The position numbers and the translations under genes were made by a program. From assembly GCA_036679065.1 (NCBI GenBank), contig JAZIGN010000001.1, positions 96,001-160,000 on the forward strand: DNA of 64,000 nucleotides. Reading direction: 5' to 3'. The stretch is from Coprothermobacterota bacterium. GTDB taxonomy: Bacteria > Coprothermobacterota > Coprothermobacteria > Coprothermobacterales > Coprothermobacteraceae. How positions within the stretch are numbered: position 1 is the first letter of the stretch; every line of letters starts with the position of its first letter. Below, piece after piece: positions 43,489-54,579 of the stretch. Under the pieces are notes generated by a model that worked only from the letters and a program-made list of their open reading frames with translations, did not search any database and was not told the origin of the DNA.

Positions 43489-44699
43489 GTGCGGACTTAG
43501 TTTGTGGACTTCAGTGGGGAGATGAAGGAAAAGGAAAAGCTGTGGATTACATCTCCAAGAACTACGATGTAGTAGCTCGGTTCAACGGTGGTGATAACGC
43601 TGGACATACCGTTGTTCACCAAGGGAGTACCTATAAATTTCATGTGATCCCCAGCGGGGTACTAAGGGGATGCTTGGGAGTTATTGGAAGTGGGGTAGTA
43701 CTTAATCCATCTTCGTTAGAAGAAGAGCTGCGCCAGTTGAGTGGCGATGAAAAGATCGTTATCTCGAAGAGAGCGCATCTCATACTTCCTTCATACAAAC
43801 TGCTGGACCAGAAGTTGGAAAGTCTTAAGGGTGACAAAGTTGGGACTACTGGTCGCGGTATTGGTCCGGCATACGGCTTTAAGGCTTTTAGATTCGGAGT
43901 GCGAGTGGGAGACCTTTTTCAAGACGGTCTAGAAGAAAAGCTAAGTGAGATTCGAAGGTTGGTAGAAAGCTTGAATGTGGAGTGGATTCAACCCGATGTG
44001 AAACATTGGAAGGAAGTGCTTGCCCCGTATGTGGGTGATGATTATAAGGTACTCCATGAAGCGTATTTGGAAGGACGTCGAATACTGTTTGAAGCTGCTC
44101 AGGGCGTTCTGCTGGATTTGGATTTTGGGACCTATCCGTTTGTCACGTCCAGCTACACTTTCACGAACGGTGTTCACGCTGGTTCGGGTTTTAACGCAAA
44201 AGAGCTTGGTGACATAATAGGCGTTAGTAAGGCTTATACAACGCGTGTCGGTAATGGTGCCTTCCCTTCGGAAGTTTTTGGAGAGACCGCAGATCATATC
44301 AGAGAACAAGGAGCAGAGTTTGGAACGACCACAGGAAGGCCACGTAGAGTAGGTTGGCTGGATTTAGTTGCACTGCGGTATGCTGTACGAGTTTCGGGAT
44401 GCAACAAGGTTTTCTTGACTAAGGTAGACGTGCTGTCAGGTTTGGATAAAGTGGGATTGATAACGTCCTATGAAGTAGATGGTCAAAGATACAGCGACTG
44501 GTTTGATTTTAGCCAAGGGGCTCTGGAGCTGGTAAAGCCTATTGTGGAATGGTGTAATGGATGGGGAAGCGTGTTGAACGAGGGTAAACTTAATGCAAAT
44601 TTGTTAGCCTTTATGGAGGCCGTTGAAGGCGCTGCGGGTGCAAAAATACAGTGGGTTTCTTATGGTCCCAGTGACCACGAAACGTTGTGCATGCTATAA
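43485..44699 (+). CDS. purA: Adenylosuccinate synthetase
   Basis: QWGDEGKGK, NAGHT, GTTGRGIGP, GTYPFVTSS, GTTTGRPRRVGW. Confidence 0.97.
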   Translation: MSADLVCGLQWGDEGKGKAVDYISKNYDVVARFNGGDNAGHTVVHQGSTYKFHVIPSGVLRGCLGVIGSGVVLNPSSLEEELRQLSGDEKIVISKRAHLILPSYKLLDQKLESLKGDKVGTTGRGIGPAYGFKAFRFGVRVGDLFQDGLEEKLSEIRRLVESLNVEWIQPDVKHWKEVLAPYVGDDYKVLHEAYLEGRRILFEAAQGVLLDLDFGTYPFVTSSYTFTNGVHAGSGFNAKELGDIIGVSKAYTTRVGNGAFPSEVFGETADHIREQGAEFGTTTGRPRRVGWLDLVALRYAVRVSGCNKVFLTKVDVLSGLDKVGLITSYEVDGQRYSDWFDFSQGALELVKPIVEWCNGWGSVLNEGKLNANLLAFMEAVEGAAGAKIQWVSYGPSDHETLCML

Positions 44700-44717
44700 T
44701 TGGTCAGGATATTGCGG

Positions 44718-44794
44718 CGGGGCGTAGCGCAGCTTGGTAGCGCACCTGGTTCGGGACCAGGGAGTCGGCGGTTCGAATCCGCCCGCCCCGACCA
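44718..44794 (+). tRNA. tRNA-Pro(CGG)
   Basis: CCTGG-TTCGGGA-CCAGG anticodon arm; ACCA. Confidence 0.96.
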
Positions 44795-44818
44795 TTAAAG
44801 GGAGGAAATTCACAGGAG

Positions 44819-46276
44819 ATGAATGATCAATACAGAACTCCTTATTACAGCGGTTTGCTGGCTTATATTGCAAAGCACCGTGCCAGTTTTCACATGCCGG
44901 GTCACAAACGAGGCAGGGGTGTACATCCCGACTTCAAAGCTTTTTTAGGTGAGAATGTGTTTTTACTTGACCTCACTGAAGTGCAGGGGGTTGACTACTT
45001 GCATAAGCCCACTGGCATTCTCAGAGAAGCTATGGACTTATTGGCAGATGCCTACGGTGCAAAAGAATCGTTCTTTTTAGTAAACGGTAGCACAGTGGGA
45101 AACCAAGCTGCTCTCATGGCTGTTGGTGGTCCAGGAAAGAAAATTCTTATTGCACGTAACAGCCACAGGTCAGTGGTTGGTGGGCTCATACTGAATGGTT
45201 CCATACCCGTTTATCTCCCTGTAAACGTGGACCCGGAGCTGGGAATAACAACAAGCGTTTCACCGGAAGTTCTAAGAGAGTATTTAGACAAGCATGACGT
45301 AGATGCCGTGTTCTTAACTAATCCAAATTACTACGGAGTTTCAGGTAACATAAGGGAACTAGTGGATATTGTTCATGAACATGGTCTGCCCATTGTAGTA
45401 GATGAGGCTCATGGTGCTCACTTCCACTTCCATCAAGCTCTTCCACTTTCGGCTGTGGATGCGGGTGCGGATCTAGTGGTGCAATCCACTCACAAAACAC
45501 TCTCCTCCATGACACAGAGCTCTTGGATGCATATGAATGGAGATCTTGTGGATGTTGAGCTGTTGAAGGCTGCACTTAGGACACTTCAGAGCAGTTCTCC
45601 AAACTACGTTCTCATGGCCAGTTTAGACGTAGCAAGGATGCAAATGGCAACGGAGGGAGCTGAACTACTTAGCTCAGCGCTTAATGTGGCTCAGTACTTG
45701 CGGGAAGCCATAAACGAGATTCCCGGACTGCAATGCTTCGGCAGAGAAAGGGTAGGAAAGTACGGTATTTTCGATGTTGACCTGACGAAAATAACCATAA
45801 CTGTGCTTGGTTTGGGCCTCACGGGTTACAAAGTGGAGCAACTGCTTAATGACGAGCTGGGTGTGGAAGTGGAGCTATCAGATCCGAACAACATACTTGC
45901 TTTTGTTACCATTGGTGATGATTACGACAATGCTGACAAACTCATAAAAGCCATGTCGAACCTCTCTGAACGCTTCTACGGCAAGCTTCCACCTTTGGAG
46001 ACTGCTGCTGTTCACACATTTCCTGTGCTGCCCGAAGTCGTGCTTACACCTCGAGAAGCATTCTTCGCTGAAAAGAAAGTCGTTCCGTTTAGAGAAGCTG
46101 TTGGTGCTATTAGTGCTGAGTCGGTGGTGCTTTATCCTCCTGGAATTCCCGTTATTGCTCCCGGGGAAAGAATCACGGAAGAGAGCTTTGACTACGTTAT
46201 GAAAAGGAAGGAAGAAGGAGCGGAAGTACAGGGTACCGCTGATCCGGAACTGGAGTTCATACAAGTTCTTAAATGA
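44819..46276 (+). CDS. Arginine/lysine/ornithine decarboxylase (fold type I, Bacillus SpeA-like)
   Basis: FHMPGHK, VNGST, VDEAHG, QSTHK PLP lysine, YPPGIP. Confidence 0.9.
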   Translation: MNDQYRTPYYSGLLAYIAKHRASFHMPGHKRGRGVHPDFKAFLGENVFLLDLTEVQGVDYLHKPTGILREAMDLLADAYGAKESFFLVNGSTVGNQAALMAVGGPGKKILIARNSHRSVVGGLILNGSIPVYLPVNVDPELGITTSVSPEVLREYLDKHDVDAVFLTNPNYYGVSGNIRELVDIVHEHGLPIVVDEAHGAHFHFHQALPLSAVDAGADLVVQSTHKTLSSMTQSSWMHMNGDLVDVELLKAALRTLQSSSPNYVLMASLDVARMQMATEGAELLSSALNVAQYLREAINEIPGLQCFGRERVGKYGIFDVDLTKITITVLGLGLTGYKVEQLLNDELGVEVELSDPNNILAFVTIGDDYDNADKLIKAMSNLSERFYGKLPPLETAAVHTFPVLPEVVLTPREAFFAEKKVVPFREAVGAISAESVVLYPPGIPVIAPGERITEESFDYVMKRKEEGAEVQGTADPELEFIQVLK

Positions 46277-46376
46277 GCTCAAATGTGGCCTTAAACAGAA
46301 GTTTTCTCTTATAATATTAAGGTGTGTGTAGCTGGAAAACTAAACGCGATTTGCGAAATTAAAAGGCGGTGGCAAC

Positions 46377-46688
46377 GTGGAAGAGTTCTTCGAGGCACTT
46401 AAGTCTTTGGAACAAGAAGCGTCAGACATAGTGTCCACTTCTTCTGTCCAGGCGCGACAGAGGGTGGAGGTTGCTAGAGAGCGTTTTGCAGAGGAATTTC
46501 ATGAATTGGAAGAGAACTGCCGTCAGGAGTTAGAAAGGGAGCTCGAAAGACTTTCTCAAGAATGGGAACAGAGGAGACAAGAGGAACTGGAGTCCTACAG
46601 CAAGCAACTAAGTAAACTTGGTACAGAATTAGACCAGCGTGCCGGTCACCTTGCGAAGGAACTTCTGGAGTCATTCCTGGGGGAGTGA
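46377..46688 (+). CDS. V/A-type ATPase subunit G/H
   Basis: Charged coiled coil; first gene of the ATPase operon. Confidence 0.7.
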   Translation: MEEFFEALKSLEQEASDIVSTSSVQARQRVEVARERFAEEFHELEENCRQELERELERLSQEWEQRRQEELESYSKQLSKLGTELDQRAGHLAKELLESFLGE

Positions 46689-46694
46689 AAGAGC

Positions 46695-48542
46695 TTGCCA
46701 ATCGCAGAGCTGGAGAAAGTATGCTTCTACGTTCCAAAGCACAACGTGGGGGCGTTGAGAAAATACATTTTTAAGTTATCCGATTTTCATCCGCTGGAGC
46801 TTAACCACAACACGTTGGGGGACTTTGCCACCCTGAAGGATCGCCTTGAGCGAGTAGTTTCCCTTGGGAGTAAGAGAAAGCCTGACATTTATGCTACGTC
46901 TGTGTTAAGTGAAAAAGAAACTATATCCACTGGTTATATTGAGATTGGGCCAGTGCTCTCTGAAATTGAAAGGCTCATAGACGAGCATCAGCTACTAACG
47001 AATGAACTTAACAACCTAAACAAACAGATTTTGGGTTTGGAGCCTTTCCAGTGGGTTAGTGCCCCATGGGAAGACTCCCATAACTGGCACTGGATTAAGG
47101 TTGTCTTAGTTAAAAAAAGCAAAGCCGTATTGAAGATTCTTTCTGATCTTCCTGTAGCTTTCGCTGAGGGAGACAACGCCATCGTTGTGGCTTATTACAA
47201 AGACGATGATGAAACAGCAGAAGTCATTAGAGAGTATGCTTTGGATGACAGGCTGCTAACAGATATTGGGCGTGAGCTAAATGAGCTCAAGATAAAGAAA
47301 GAACAACTCACAAAACACTTAGCTGACGTGGAAAGTCAGTTAGATACTCTTCTTGAGGAAAACGGTACGCAGATAAGAAAGGCTTTTGATTACTACTCGG
47401 TTTCGTTGGAATATGCCAGATTGGTAAATGGCTCTGTTGATACGCAGTTTTTGGGGGTAGTGGTAGGTTACCTGCCAAAGGAGCATTTAAACGATGCTTT
47501 GAAAGAGGTTAGAGCGTTGGGTGGCGATGTTTTACAACTGCCGCCAGAGGAAGATGAAATGTATCCTACAAAATTGGAGAACTCAAGCTTTTTTGAGCCT
47601 TATGAGTCTATTACTCTGATGTACGGGCCACCCCGTTATGACACTTACGATCCAACACCTGCTGTAGCTCTTTGGTGGAACCTGTTTTTTGCTTTCATGC
47701 TGGGTGATGCCGGATTTGGTCTCATAATAACACTTGTGAGTTTATACGGACTCAAGAAGATTAAAAGCATGGAAAAGATTCTAAGGCTTTGTTTGAACGT
47801 GGGTGTTGGAACCATGATAATCGGCATAATTACGTGGAGTTGGTTTTCTACGCAACCACTTATGATCAATGGGAAAGCATTGGGGCTTTTCTACCCCGTG
47901 AACGGTAGTGATGTGAACACCATGCTTGTAATTTCCTTGGTTATTGGTGTTATGGCGCAGTTCTATGCCATGGGCATAAAGGGGTGGTGGATGCTAAGGA
48001 ACAAGGACTATCTGGGGTTTTGGTCGGATGTTTTCTGTTGGTGGGGTTTCTTGAGTTCTTTGATTTGGCTACTATTGGGTGGTGGCTCCATGTCAACGTA
48101 CCTTGCGCTATTCTTTGCAATTAACCTTATCTTGTTTCAGGGGCGTGAGTCGAAGAACTGGATTTCCAGGCTGGGTATGGGGCTCATTGGACTTTATGGC
48201 ATCATAAGTCCCTATGGTGTTGCTTCCTTCTTGGGTGATGTGCTTTCCTATTCACGTTTGATGGCACTTAACTTGACGGGGGCACTCATGGGGCAGGTAT
48301 TTAATTCATTGTCATTTGGTGTGATGAAAAGTGGCTTAATGGGAATCGTTTTTGGGGTTCTCATGTTTGTGGTTTTTCAAGTGTTTAACTTTGCTATTTC
48401 AGCATTAGGTGCGTTTGTGCACAGTATTAGGTTGGTATTCTTAGAAATGTATGGGCGGTTCTACGAAGGAAACGGTGAACTTTTCAAGCCGCTCAGAAGA
48501 GTTGGAAGGTACTACAGGTTTGAGGAGGTTGAGTACGAATGA
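46695..48542 (+). CDS. ntpI: V/A-type ATPase subunit I
   Basis: DPTP, GDAGFG, DVLSYSRLMAL, HSIRL..LE. Confidence 0.93.
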   Translation: MPIAELEKVCFYVPKHNVGALRKYIFKLSDFHPLELNHNTLGDFATLKDRLERVVSLGSKRKPDIYATSVLSEKETISTGYIEIGPVLSEIERLIDEHQLLTNELNNLNKQILGLEPFQWVSAPWEDSHNWHWIKVVLVKKSKAVLKILSDLPVAFAEGDNAIVVAYYKDDDETAEVIREYALDDRLLTDIGRELNELKIKKEQLTKHLADVESQLDTLLEENGTQIRKAFDYYSVSLEYARLVNGSVDTQFLGVVVGYLPKEHLNDALKEVRALGGDVLQLPPEEDEMYPTKLENSSFFEPYESITLMYGPPRYDTYDPTPAVALWWNLFFAFMLGDAGFGLIITLVSLYGLKKIKSMEKILRLCLNVGVGTMIIGIITWSWFSTQPLMINGKALGLFYPVNGSDVNTMLVISLVIGVMAQFYAMGIKGWWMLRNKDYLGFWSDVFCWWGFLSSLIWLLLGGGSMSTYLALFFAINLILFQGRESKNWISRLGMGLIGLYGIISPYGVASFLGDVLSYSRLMALNLTGALMGQVFNSLSFGVMKSGLMGIVFGVLMFVVFQVFNFAISALGAFVHSIRLVFLEMYGRFYEGNGELFKPLRRVGRYYRFEEVEYE

Positions 48543-49003
48543 TTATTGACGGTAAATCAGTAGCCTTGATTGCGGCTGGATTGACGGCGGTAATGGGTGG
48601 CATTGGCTCTGCATGGGGTGTGGGTTTGGCAGGAAAGTCAACTAGCGCAGTGCTATCGGAGAAGCCAAATCTTTTTGGACAGATGCTTGTGCTTCAGGCT
48701 CTGCCAGGTACGCAGGGTTTTTATGCTTTTATAGCCATGTTTTTGGCGCTAGGCAGAATTAATGCTGCAACATCAATTTCTATTGCCCAGGCATTACAAC
48801 TTATAGGTGCCTTGCTTCCTGCCATGTTTGGTGAATTAATAAGCGCTTATTGGCAGGCTGTTGCCTCGTGTGGAGCTGCTCAGATGGTGGCTAAGCAGCC
48901 CGAATCCTTCGGTAGGGCCGTAATCATACCTGCATTGGTGGAAACTTACGCTATTCTATCTTTGTTAGCTACGATTCTCTTGCTTGGAGGAGTGACTCTT
49001 TAG
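48539..49003 (+). CDS. ntpK: V/A-type ATPase subunit K (4-TM proteolipid, Na+-type)
   Basis: LPGTQG, WQ and VETYA residues as in E. hirae NtpK. Confidence 0.95.
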   Translation: MIIDGKSVALIAAGLTAVMGGIGSAWGVGLAGKSTSAVLSEKPNLFGQMLVLQALPGTQGFYAFIAMFLALGRINAATSISIAQALQLIGALLPAMFGELISAYWQAVASCGAAQMVAKQPESFGRAVIIPALVETYAILSLLATILLLGGVTL

Positions 49004-49548
49004 TGGACCTTGACAAGCTGCGCAGTGTGGTTTTTGCAGAAGCCCAGCGGAAAGCTGAAGAGATTCTATCTTCTGCAGAAGAAGAGATAGCAAAACTGAG
49101 GCAAGAACATGAGAAACGCGTGGAAGAGCTAAAGTTCGCCACTGCTCAGCAAAAGAAAAAACTCATTGAGACAGAAACTGAGCGATGGAAGCGACAGATT
49201 GAATATGAAAAGCGTATGCTCCTTGAGCAAATCATTGTTCAAGCCATACAGGGTTTGAAAGGTAGAATTGAAGACGAAATCGTTTCTGGTGGTTATGCTC
49301 CAAGCTATGTTGATTGGCTAAAGAAACAAGTCCCAGAGGCTGATGAGTGGACAGTTGGTAGGGAATATGGTGAGCTGCAGAGGGCATTTTCAAAGAAGGG
49401 AATAAAGTTCACGGTTGATGACAGCAAAAAAGTAAAAGCTCGTAAGGGTGATACTGTGTTTGATTTGTCGCCTGACGTGGTGGCTAATACCATATTGGAA
49501 AGATTTTCGCATGAAATCTATGAAGAATTTAAGGGGCTACTAAAGTGA
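49003..49548 (+). CDS. ntpE: V/A-type ATPase subunit E
   Basis: N-terminal coiled coil (EAQRKAEEILSSAEEE); operon position. Confidence 0.8.
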   Translation: MDLDKLRSVVFAEAQRKAEEILSSAEEEIAKLRQEHEKRVEELKFATAQQKKKLIETETERWKRQIEYEKRMLLEQIIVQAIQGLKGRIEDEIVSGGYAPSYVDWLKKQVPEADEWTVGREYGELQRAFSKKGIKFTVDDSKKVKARKGDTVFDLSPDVVANTILERFSHEIYEEFKGLLK

Positions 49549-50063
49549 GAGAAGTGTCTGACATCGCAGCCTTGGTGGCAGCTAGGCAAGATAGAGTTTT
49601 ACCCTTGGAGACACTGGATAAGCTAAGAGTAAACCCTTACTTACTTAATCAAGTTGCATTAAACCCTGATATGCGACAACAGATTACAGAAAAACCTCCC
49701 GGCGAGGCAACGAATGCATTGTGGAAGGGCTTCTTAGAAGAGCTCGATGAGCTGCTTGGTTTACTCGGAGAGAGTGGATATGCGGAAATGGAAGAATTCT
49801 ACAGGGCACGCTTTTTTGGTGAAGCTTTTGAAACCGAAAAACTCAAAACGTTACCCTTTGGAGAGTTTCTTTATGAAGCTTTTATGAGCTCTGTGGAATC
49901 CTTAAAACGTGGTGAGCAAGGAAGAGACTGGCGTTTAGAATGGCTTAAGTTCCTGGAATACAACTATTTTTCAGGGTCTTTCTTGGCGGGGGTTTTACGT
50001 TATGTGGAACTACGATTTCAGACGATTGCTGGAATCAGCTATGCTTTACTCAGAACGGGGTAG
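49545..50063 (+). CDS. V/A-type ATPase subunit C-like (short)
   Basis: Position between E and F; weak sequence resemblance only. Confidence 0.55.
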   Translation: MREVSDIAALVAARQDRVLPLETLDKLRVNPYLLNQVALNPDMRQQITEKPPGEATNALWKGFLEELDELLGLLGESGYAEMEEFYRARFFGEAFETEKLKTLPFGEFLYEAFMSSVESLKRGEQGRDWRLEWLKFLEYNYFSGSFLAGVLRYVELRFQTIAGISYALLRTG

Positions 50064-50074
50064 TTTGTTGGGGG

Positions 50075-50371
50075 TTGTCGGATGTGGCTGAAATAGTTGC
50101 CTGTGGGAAGAGCGGATTGTATGACTTCCTTAGCTTTTCAGGTATACGTGTGGTGGAAGCTGAGGAAATTGACCATATTTTGGCTAGTGCCACTGACACA
50201 GTGGTACTAGTTACAGACGGCATCTCTTGTAGTACGGAGCTGATAAGCGATTTGGAGGAAAAATACGGAACGAAGTTTGTGCCCGTTGTGCTTGACCCGA
50301 AACAGGGCGTAGATGTGAGCTCAGCGAGAAGGTTTGTGGAAAGAGCTCTGGGTGTAAAACTTGACAGGTAG
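50075..50371 (+). CDS. ntpF: V/A-type ATPase subunit F
   Basis: Size, FSGI, VERALGVKL; immediately before subunit A. Confidence 0.8.
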   Translation: MSDVAEIVACGKSGLYDFLSFSGIRVVEAEEIDHILASATDTVVLVTDGISCSTELISDLEEKYGTKFVPVVLDPKQGVDVSSARRFVERALGVKLDR

Positions 50372-50381
50372 GTGGTGATAG

Positions 50382-52154
50382 TTGGTGCACGGACAAGGAT
50401 ATGTTGTGCGCGTGGCGGGGCCTCTGGTTACAGCGAAGGGCTTGGACAAGCCCATGATGTATGAAGTAGTGAGGGTGGGCGAACTTAAGCTCTTTGGAGA
50501 AATAATCGGAATCGAGAAGGATTTGGTATATATACAGGTCTATGAAGATACCAATGGTCTTCGCCCTGGTGAAACAGTTGAGCCCACTGGCCAGCTACTC
50601 AGTGTAGAACTGGGCCCTGGGTTAACGAATAACATTTTTGATGGCATACAAAGACCGTTGGAACGCTTAAGGGAAGAAAGCGGAGAGTTCTTAGCTAGAG
50701 GTTTTAGTGTGAACGCTTTGGATCGCCAGCGTAAGTGGCATTTTGTACCGTTAGCTGAGGCTGGTGTGGAAGTTGAAGGTGGTAGTTTCTTAGGCGAAGT
50801 AATTGAATCGTCAACAGTGGTTCACAAGATCATGGTACCACCTAATGTGAAAGGTACTCTACAGTGGATCGCTGGAGAAGGTGAATACACGGTTGAGGAA
50901 TGCATTGCAAAGGTTGAAATGCCTAACGGGACTTTGCAAGAGCTTCAACTGATGCAGCGTTGGCCTGTGAGAATTCCAAGACCAGTGAAAGAGAAGGTGT
51001 TCACTGACGTGCCCATGCTAACAGGACAGCGCATACTGGATGTGTTTTTCCCAGTGATAAAGGGAGGTACTGCTTGCGTTCCAGGTCCCTTTGGTTCTGG
51101 AAAGACCGTGATTCAGCACCAACTTGCCAAATGGTCTGATGTGGACGTGGTGGTCTATGTGGGCTGTGGAGAACGTGGTAACGAAATGACCGAAGTTCTC
51201 ATAGAATTCCCAGAGCTTAAGGATCCAAGAACAGGTGGTCCACTCATGGATAGAACCATTTTGGTTGCCAATACGTCAAACATGCCTGTCGCAGCACGTG
51301 AGGCTTCTGTTTTTACAGGTATTGCCATAGCGGAGTACTACCGCGATATGGGTTACGATGTGGCACTCATGGCTGATTCCACTTCTCGTTGGGCCGAGGC
51401 CATGAGGGAGATATCTACTCGTTTAGAGGAAATGCCTGGTGAAGAGGGTTACCCAGCTTATCTTGCATCAAGAATATCAGCTTTTTACGAACGTTCAGGT
51501 TTTGTGAAGTGTTTAGGTAGCCCTGAGCGGACAGGATCGGTAACAGTAATAGGAGCTGTTTCGCCGCCAGGTGGAGATTTGTCAGACCCGGTGGTCCAAG
51601 CCACGCTTAGATCCGTACAAGTATTCTGGGGTTTGGATCAGGATTTGGCTTTTGCACGTCACTTTCCAGCTATTAACTGGCTTAACAGCTATTCTTTGTA
51701 TTTGGACAGAATCGGAGAATACTACAACAAGAGTTTTGCCCCCGATTGGTTGAAGAAACGCAATGAAGCCATGGTAATTCTGCAGCGAGAATCTGAGCTA
51801 CTGGAACTGGTTAGACTGGTAGGGTACGATGCTTTGTCCACGGAGGAGCAATTGTTCTTGGAAACGGCTCGTTCTTTGAGAGAAGACTTTCTGCAGCAAG
51901 ATGCCTTTGACGATGTAGACAGTTACTGTTCACTAAGAAAGCAATATGTCATACTTTCATCAATTCTGCTTGTTCATGAGATTATTCTGGACCGCATAAG
52001 AAAGGGAGAGGACTACGGTTCGCTCATAGCGAATCCCATAAGGGAGCATATTTCTCAACTTAGGTGGCTCAAAGAAGAGGAAGTTCCAGATTGGAAACAG
52101 ATGCAAGATAGTATTTTAAAGAGTTTCTCAGAGGAAGTGAAGGCTCATGATTAG
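50382..52154 (+). CDS. ntpA: V/A-type ATPase subunit A
   Basis: [25 protein letters not shown]; no intein. Confidence 0.98.
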   Translation: MVHGQGYVVRVAGPLVTAKGLDKPMMYEVVRVGELKLFGEIIGIEKDLVYIQVYEDTNGLRPGETVEPTGQLLSVELGPGLTNNIFDGIQRPLERLREESGEFLARGFSVNALDRQRKWHFVPLAEAGVEVEGGSFLGEVIESSTVVHKIMVPPNVKGTLQWIAGEGEYTVEECIAKVEMPNGTLQELQLMQRWPVRIPRPVKEKVFTDVPMLTGQRILDVFFPVIKGGTACVPGPFGSGKTVIQHQLAKWSDVDVVVYVGCGERGNEMTEVLIEFPELKDPRTGGPLMDRTILVANTSNMPVAAREASVFTGIAIAEYYRDMGYDVALMADSTSRWAEAMREISTRLEEMPGEEGYPAYLASRISAFYERSGFVKCLGSPERTGSVTVIGAVSPPGGDLSDPVVQATLRSVQVFWGLDQDLAFARHFPAINWLNSYSLYLDRIGEYYNKSFAPDWLKKRNEAMVILQRESELLELVRLVGYDALSTEEQLFLETARSLREDFLQQDAFDDVDSYCSLRKQYVILSSILLVHEIILDRIRKGEDYGSLIANPIREHISQLRWLKEEEVPDWKQMQDSILKSFSEEVKAHD

Positions 52155-53523
52155 AGAATTTCGCAGTATTTCTGAGGTAAACGGTCCGTTGGTTTTTGTA
52201 GAAGGCGTGTCAGATGCTGCCTACGGTGAACTGGTGGAGTTTCAGCTTAACGGAGAAATACGTCATGGTCAAGTACTAGAGACCACTGATCGTTTTTCTT
52301 TGGTCCAAGTTTTTGAAGGAACTCAGGGTTTAACTCCCAAGACAACCACTGCCAGATTCTTAGGAAGAGGCCTCACTTTCGGTGTCAGCGAAGGTATCCT
52401 TGGTAGGGTGTTTGATGGTTTAGGCGAGCCGTTAGATGGTAAGCCACAACCTTTTGTGGATGAATACGTGGATATAAACGGTGCTCCAATGAACCCGGTG
52501 AGTCGTGAGTACCCAGCAGAATTCATTCAGACTGGGATTTCAGCCATTGATGGTATGAACACACTGGTACGTGGGCAAAAGCTACCCATTTTTAGTGGCA
52601 GCGGCTTGCCCCACGCTCGCTTGGCAGCACAAATAGCAAGTCAAGCCAAAGTGCTCTCTTCTGAAGAGAAATTTGCTGTGGTATTTGCTGCCATGGGAAT
52701 CACATTTGAAGAGGCAAACTTTTTCATTCAGTCTTTTCAGAAAACCGGTGCCATTGAGCGTTCAGTTCTATTTTTAAACTTGGCTGACGACCCGACTATT
52801 GAACGCATAGCTACGCCTCGATTTGCATTGGCTGCAGCCGAGTACTTGGCTTTCGAAAAGGACATGCATGTACTTGCCATCCTTACCGACATGACGAACT
52901 ACTGTGAGGCTCTCAGAGAGATTTCTGCGGCACGCAGAGAGGTCCCTGGAAGGCGAGGATATCCTGGTTACATGTATACTGATTTGGCCAGTATTTACGA
53001 ACGTGCAGGTAGGATTAAGGGTAAAAAAGGCAGTATAACGCAAATACCCATACTAACCATGCCAGAGGATGATAGGACCCATCCAATACCAGACTTGACG
53101 GGTTACATAACTGAGGGTCAAATATTCCTGTCGAGAGATTTACAGCATAAGAATATTTATCCACCTATTGATGTATTGCAATCACTTTCTAGACTCATGC
53201 AAAGAGGCATTGGTGAAGGACACACCAGAGAGGATCACTCTGCGGTTTCTAACCAGTTGTACGCTGCTTATGCACACGGAAAGGAAGCAAGAGAGTTGGA
53301 AATAGTTTTGGGAGAAGCAGCCTTAACAGACCTGGATCGATTGTATGTTAAGTTTGCTGACCGCCTAGAGTCAGAGTTTATTGCTCAAGGTGAAGACGAG
53401 AACCGTACAATTGAAGAAACTTTGGCTATTGGATGGCGACTTCTTAGGATGCTTCCTAGAAGCGAGCTTAAGAGGATCAGAGATGAATACATAAACAAAT
53501 ACTTACCAAAGGTGGAGAGCTAA
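52147..53523 (+). CDS. ntpB: V/A-type ATPase subunit B
   Basis: [29 protein letters not shown]. Confidence 0.98.
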   Translation: MIREFRSISEVNGPLVFVEGVSDAAYGELVEFQLNGEIRHGQVLETTDRFSLVQVFEGTQGLTPKTTTARFLGRGLTFGVSEGILGRVFDGLGEPLDGKPQPFVDEYVDINGAPMNPVSREYPAEFIQTGISAIDGMNTLVRGQKLPIFSGSGLPHARLAAQIASQAKVLSSEEKFAVVFAAMGITFEEANFFIQSFQKTGAIERSVLFLNLADDPTIERIATPRFALAAAEYLAFEKDMHVLAILTDMTNYCEALREISAARREVPGRRGYPGYMYTDLASIYERAGRIKGKKGSITQIPILTMPEDDRTHPIPDLTGYITEGQIFLSRDLQHKNIYPPIDVLQSLSRLMQRGIGEGHTREDHSAVSNQLYAAYAHGKEARELEIVLGEAALTDLDRLYVKFADRLESEFIAQGEDENRTIEETLAIGWRLLRMLPRSELKRIRDEYINKYLPKVES

Positions 53524-54155
53524 TGGCATCAACGGTTAGTCCAAACCGTATGACCCTTCTTGCTCTTAAACGCAGGTACACCATAAGCAAAAGGGGCCTT
53601 AAACTGCTAAAAGACAAGCTTGAGGCAATGGTAAAAGCTTTCCGAGATCTGTACACGGAGTTTGATAGGGAAAGACGTTACATTGAAGAGCTCATGGAGG
53701 CCTTTATTGAGCTACTTAACCAATACGAGTCAGAGACTTCGCCTGCGGTAAGAGACAGGATAAGGAGTATGCAGCTATTTCAGGTAGAATATGAACTCTC
53801 TACTAGAATGGTGTTCAATATTAAAGTGCCTTTCCTAGATGTCTCGCTAAAGAGGATGGATATACCAGACTTGTATTTACAGACAGGTCCTGCCTTCTAT
53901 AAGGCTCTTAGTGTTTATGAAGAACTTCTTCCTCATCTGTTGAAGTTGGCTTCTCTGAGGAATGCACTGCATATGATGAGCGTGGAGATTGAGAAAACTA
54001 GAAGACGAAGTAATGCCTTGGAGTACAATGTAGTTCCGGAACTCGAAAGAACTATTAAGTGGGTACAGCAGTACTTAGATGAAATGGAAAGGAGCCAGAC
54101 TGTGAGAATAATGAAGGTTAAAAGCATGTTGGAAAAAGAAAGGGGGAATGCATAA
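53523..54155 (+). CDS. ntpD: V/A-type ATPase subunit D
   Basis: PNRMTL, RGLKLLKDK, EIEKTRRRSNALE. Confidence 0.95.
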   Translation: MASTVSPNRMTLLALKRRYTISKRGLKLLKDKLEAMVKAFRDLYTEFDRERRYIEELMEAFIELLNQYESETSPAVRDRIRSMQLFQVEYELSTRMVFNIKVPFLDVSLKRMDIPDLYLQTGPAFYKALSVYEELLPHLLKLASLRNALHMMSVEIEKTRRRSNALEYNVVPELERTIKWVQQYLDEMERSQTVRIMKVKSMLEKERGNA

Positions 54156-54469
54156 TGGGATTGGAGGATGCCATCGCGGCAGTGAAGAGGCTGAAAGCCT
54201 TGGCCAAGGCAGAAGTGCTAGAATCCGAGGCTTTCGGCCTAAGTGAACAGCAGATTACCTTCGCCAAAGAAAGACATCGCTACTACTCAACCTTGCTTAA
54301 CAGACTAGAGTCAGAACCTCTTGAAGATGTTATTTCCTCGGTAGAAGAGGAAGCTAAAGAGCTTTGGCATAAGCAAACAAAAACCATTACTGACAAAGCT
54401 CGCTTGGTAGCCGCTGAGAGTTTTCTTAGAGCCATAGGTCTCGAGCTGGAATACGAAGAGACGCAATAA
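54155..54469 (+). CDS. Hypothetical helical protein coupled to the ATPase operon
   Basis: TAATG stop/start overlap with subunit D; 104 aa ORF. Confidence 0.7.
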   Translation: MGLEDAIAAVKRLKALAKAEVLESEAFGLSEQQITFAKERHRYYSTLLNRLESEPLEDVISSVEEEAKELWHKQTKTITDKARLVAAESFLRAIGLELEYEETQ

Positions 54470-54579
54470 ATACTAAGACCTACGACTCATAAGAAAACGC
54501 TACTTTGACACAAACAAGAACCTTCCGTTTTATTTAGTACGTCCCCATTTATGTTGTTGTCAATTTACTCTGTGTATTA

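Noticed and set aside
40322..44794. Two tRNA-Pro genes as att-like direct repeats of an island
   Set aside because: Both are complete genes with different anticodons; there is no integrase, the enclosed DNA includes purA, and composition looks normal.
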